Source: Moniliella sp. 'wahieum'
Lineage: Eukaryota
Direction of reading: 5' to 3'
DNA: 64,000 nucleotides
Assembly (NCBI GenBank): GCA_003971905.1
Contig: RSEE01000022.1
Location: forward strand, 558,001 to 622,000
Position numbers and translations under genes: made by a program. Numbering within the stretch: position 1 is the stretch's first letter; the number at the start of each line of letters is the position of its first letter. Shown here in pieces: positions 61,801-64,000 of this stretch. Below the pieces are notes generated by a model, which worked only from the letters and a program-made list of their open reading frames with translations, ran no database searches and was not told the origin of the DNA.

Positions 61801-62531
61801 TGAATCGTAATGGCAACATGAAAGAAGTCCTTCGGCAGCCATATAAGGCTTCGTTCTAAGGGGATTCGAAAGGTTTCGTAGGTCCGTCAAGGGCAGTGCA
61901 TGAAAACTGATAATACAGTCCCCAAATGAAGGCATCGGGCAGGCCTACACACTTCCAGAGGGTCTTCCCAGGACGCCAGACCAAAAACTATACCTCTTTA
62001 GTTCCACTTTCTCCTCCACTTCCGCGCTCTGGCTCTGCCATATACCCCTTGTCCCTCTCACCATCTAGTCACATAGATGCCGTAGCTCAAATCATCTCCT
62101 TCTGTCCAATTGTCCCGCCGACACCCATCACGGAGATGCTTTCTACGTACATTATTATAAGTTGTGATGAGAAGAGTGGCCCTCTGCTTCGCGCGACGTT
62201 AGGCAGAACAATTCCATTCACCTTCATGAGATACAAGAGAACTCAAGTGGGTGGTGATGCAGGATATGCGATGCACCAACAGGATGCTATTGGCGTACAG
62301 AACAAGGCCAGAGGGCATCCAGGCCGAACAGGGCAATAAAAAAGGACACGTCGCAGGTTCATGATGACGAGAATGTGAGAGGGCACAACAGTGAGAGTGA
62401 TGAGAACGATGAGGAAAAGAAGGTCCGAACAGGGGGTGGGGGGGAGGACCCGTAAGCGGGCAGGGGAGGGCAATGAATAGGACAGAACAAAGGGCAACAA
62501 AACGAATTTTTGACAACCCCATCCATCATGT

Positions 62532-63632
62532 CTAAACCATGGTGGAAGGGGGCGTAGAAGGAGAGGACGAGACCAAGTCCGTTTTGGAAGGCGCTTGGTC
62601 TGCTCGGTCCCAAGGGAAGGCATGCGGCGGCGCGGTAAATGGATTGGGGCGGACCCATCCCGAAGACGAAACCGGTGGGGTCGGCATATCTCCCAATGTC
62701 TCCACGGTCTCCTGCTCCTCCTCCTCGTCATCAAACGGCGACTCGGAAATAATGGGGGCGTGGTGGGTGGGCCCGGAAGCGAGTCGGTATGCATTTGCAA
62801 TTCGGCAATGTTGATCGAGTGGCTGCGCTCCTTCTTGGGAACGGGTGAATGCTTCTGTTCCTCAGCCTCTTCGGCAGGCTTGGTACCGAGACCCTTGACT
62901 GGCTCCTTGCGCAGCCGCTTAAACATCTTTTTCACCCCCTTTTGCATCACCTCCCCAAGTCCACCACATCGTCCCTTGGATAAAGTGGAACAGGCCCAGC
63001 GGCAGAGGCTTGGTCACCGGACCAGGCTGCTGCCTGCTGCTGCTGCTGTAGCTGCTCGGCCCCTGCTTGCGAAGCCAGCAATTGGGCGCGAGACGTCACA
63101 CCAATCGAGATAGACTGGGAACGAGTCGTCCGACGGCCGGTACTGGGCAAGGGGCAGAAGCGAAGAGAGGAGGAAGTGGATCTCCGTTCACGTTCGCCTT
63201 TCTCGGACGAACCGGCCTGGGTGGGATGGGAGGGCGACGATGCAGCGGTGGAGTGGGTAGAGTGGGTGGAGGTGGTTTGGACCGACGCTCGGGTGGACAC
63301 GTCGCTCTGGTCCGATACGGCCGAGCCGCGATGCGTCTCGGTCGGGGACACTGGGGTAGGGATCCAGCCATCTCCAAACGAGGCATTGGGGCCGCGTGGG
63401 TCGACGGAGAGCACCTCGGGACCACGGATGGTGAGTGGGCCGGGGGTGTTATCCGGGCGGCGGCGGTAGGACTTGCCGAGGGGGTGTTTGTTTTTCTTGG
63501 CGAGCGATCCAGGGGGCTTGGGGACGAGGAAGGCGTCTTTGAAGCGGTTGGGCTTGCGCGTGTCGCTCGGTGGGCGCAGCAGCAAGCGGGGTCAAGGATG
63601 CTCTTGAGCGCGGGCTGGGAAACGGTGGACAT
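62532..63632 (-). CDS. Hypothetical Ser/Pro/Lys-rich protein (frameshifted)
   Basis: ATG at 63632 (MSTVSQPALKSIL) after a CT-rich leader. Overlapping ORFs 62947-63585 and 62243-62950. Probable stop after PSTPPSTMV at 62532. No domain recognised. Confidence 0.55.
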
Positions 63633-64000
63633 GGCGGGGCGGGAGGTGGAGGAGCAGGAGCAAGAGGGAGGGAGAGGATGAAGGAGAGAAGGTATGGAGG
63701 TAGTGGTCGTGGTCTGCCTGCTGAGTGCACCGCACTGAGTGTATTGTCGATGGGGTTTGCGAGTCTGGCCACGCTCCCCAACCTGGGACCCACGGCAAGG
63801 GGCGGCAGGGGCAGCAGGGGGCGAGTGTGGCCGCACGCGCAGCGGGCTTAAAGCCCCGCGCAGCTTAAGCCGCAGCCCCGCATTTTTTTTTCGGGAGCAG
63901 CGCACTTGCCTGCCGCACTGCGCCCCAGCAGCGCTGCCCTCGCTGCCGCTGCCGCTGCGCATGACATCAACGCACACCCGCTTACATACGCAACGCTCCA

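Overview
This is eukaryotic, GC-rich fungal DNA, most likely basidiomycete and possibly smut-like (an inference from gene content and the short GT-AG introns with CTRAC-type branch sites). It is not prokaryotic, and I found no rRNA, tRNA or CRISPR array. Nearly every gene is broken by single-base indels, many in homopolymer runs, so the ORF track fragments the real genes. I rebuilt the models by stitching frames by eye, and boundaries are approximate. Gene order: ATG11 (-, runs off the left edge); Rieske + DUF455 ferritin-like fusion (+); COG0523/CobW metallochaperone GTPase (+); secreted, membrane/GPI-anchored alpha/beta hydrolase (+); S/P-rich hypothetical (+); possible PEX11-like membrane protein (-); decayed CDK-like kinase relic (-); Mid2/Wsc-like single-pass sensor (+); ENP2/NOL10 (+); PUF4-like Pumilio protein (-); DOPA 4,5-dioxygenase family protein (-); large Pro/Ser-rich hypothetical (+); divergent prenyltransferase alpha subunit (-); TAM41 (-); EPL1 with a very long QA/polyQ tail (+); TMA7 with a 9-nt microexon (-); STRAP/UNRIP WD40 protein (+); type II NADH dehydrogenase (-); about 6 kb with no clear gene; hypothetical (-). 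The best leads are the Rieske-diiron fusion beside a metallochaperone, the prenyltransferase alpha subunit with altered substrate-contact loops, the hidden kinase relic, and recurring palindromic intergenic motifs.
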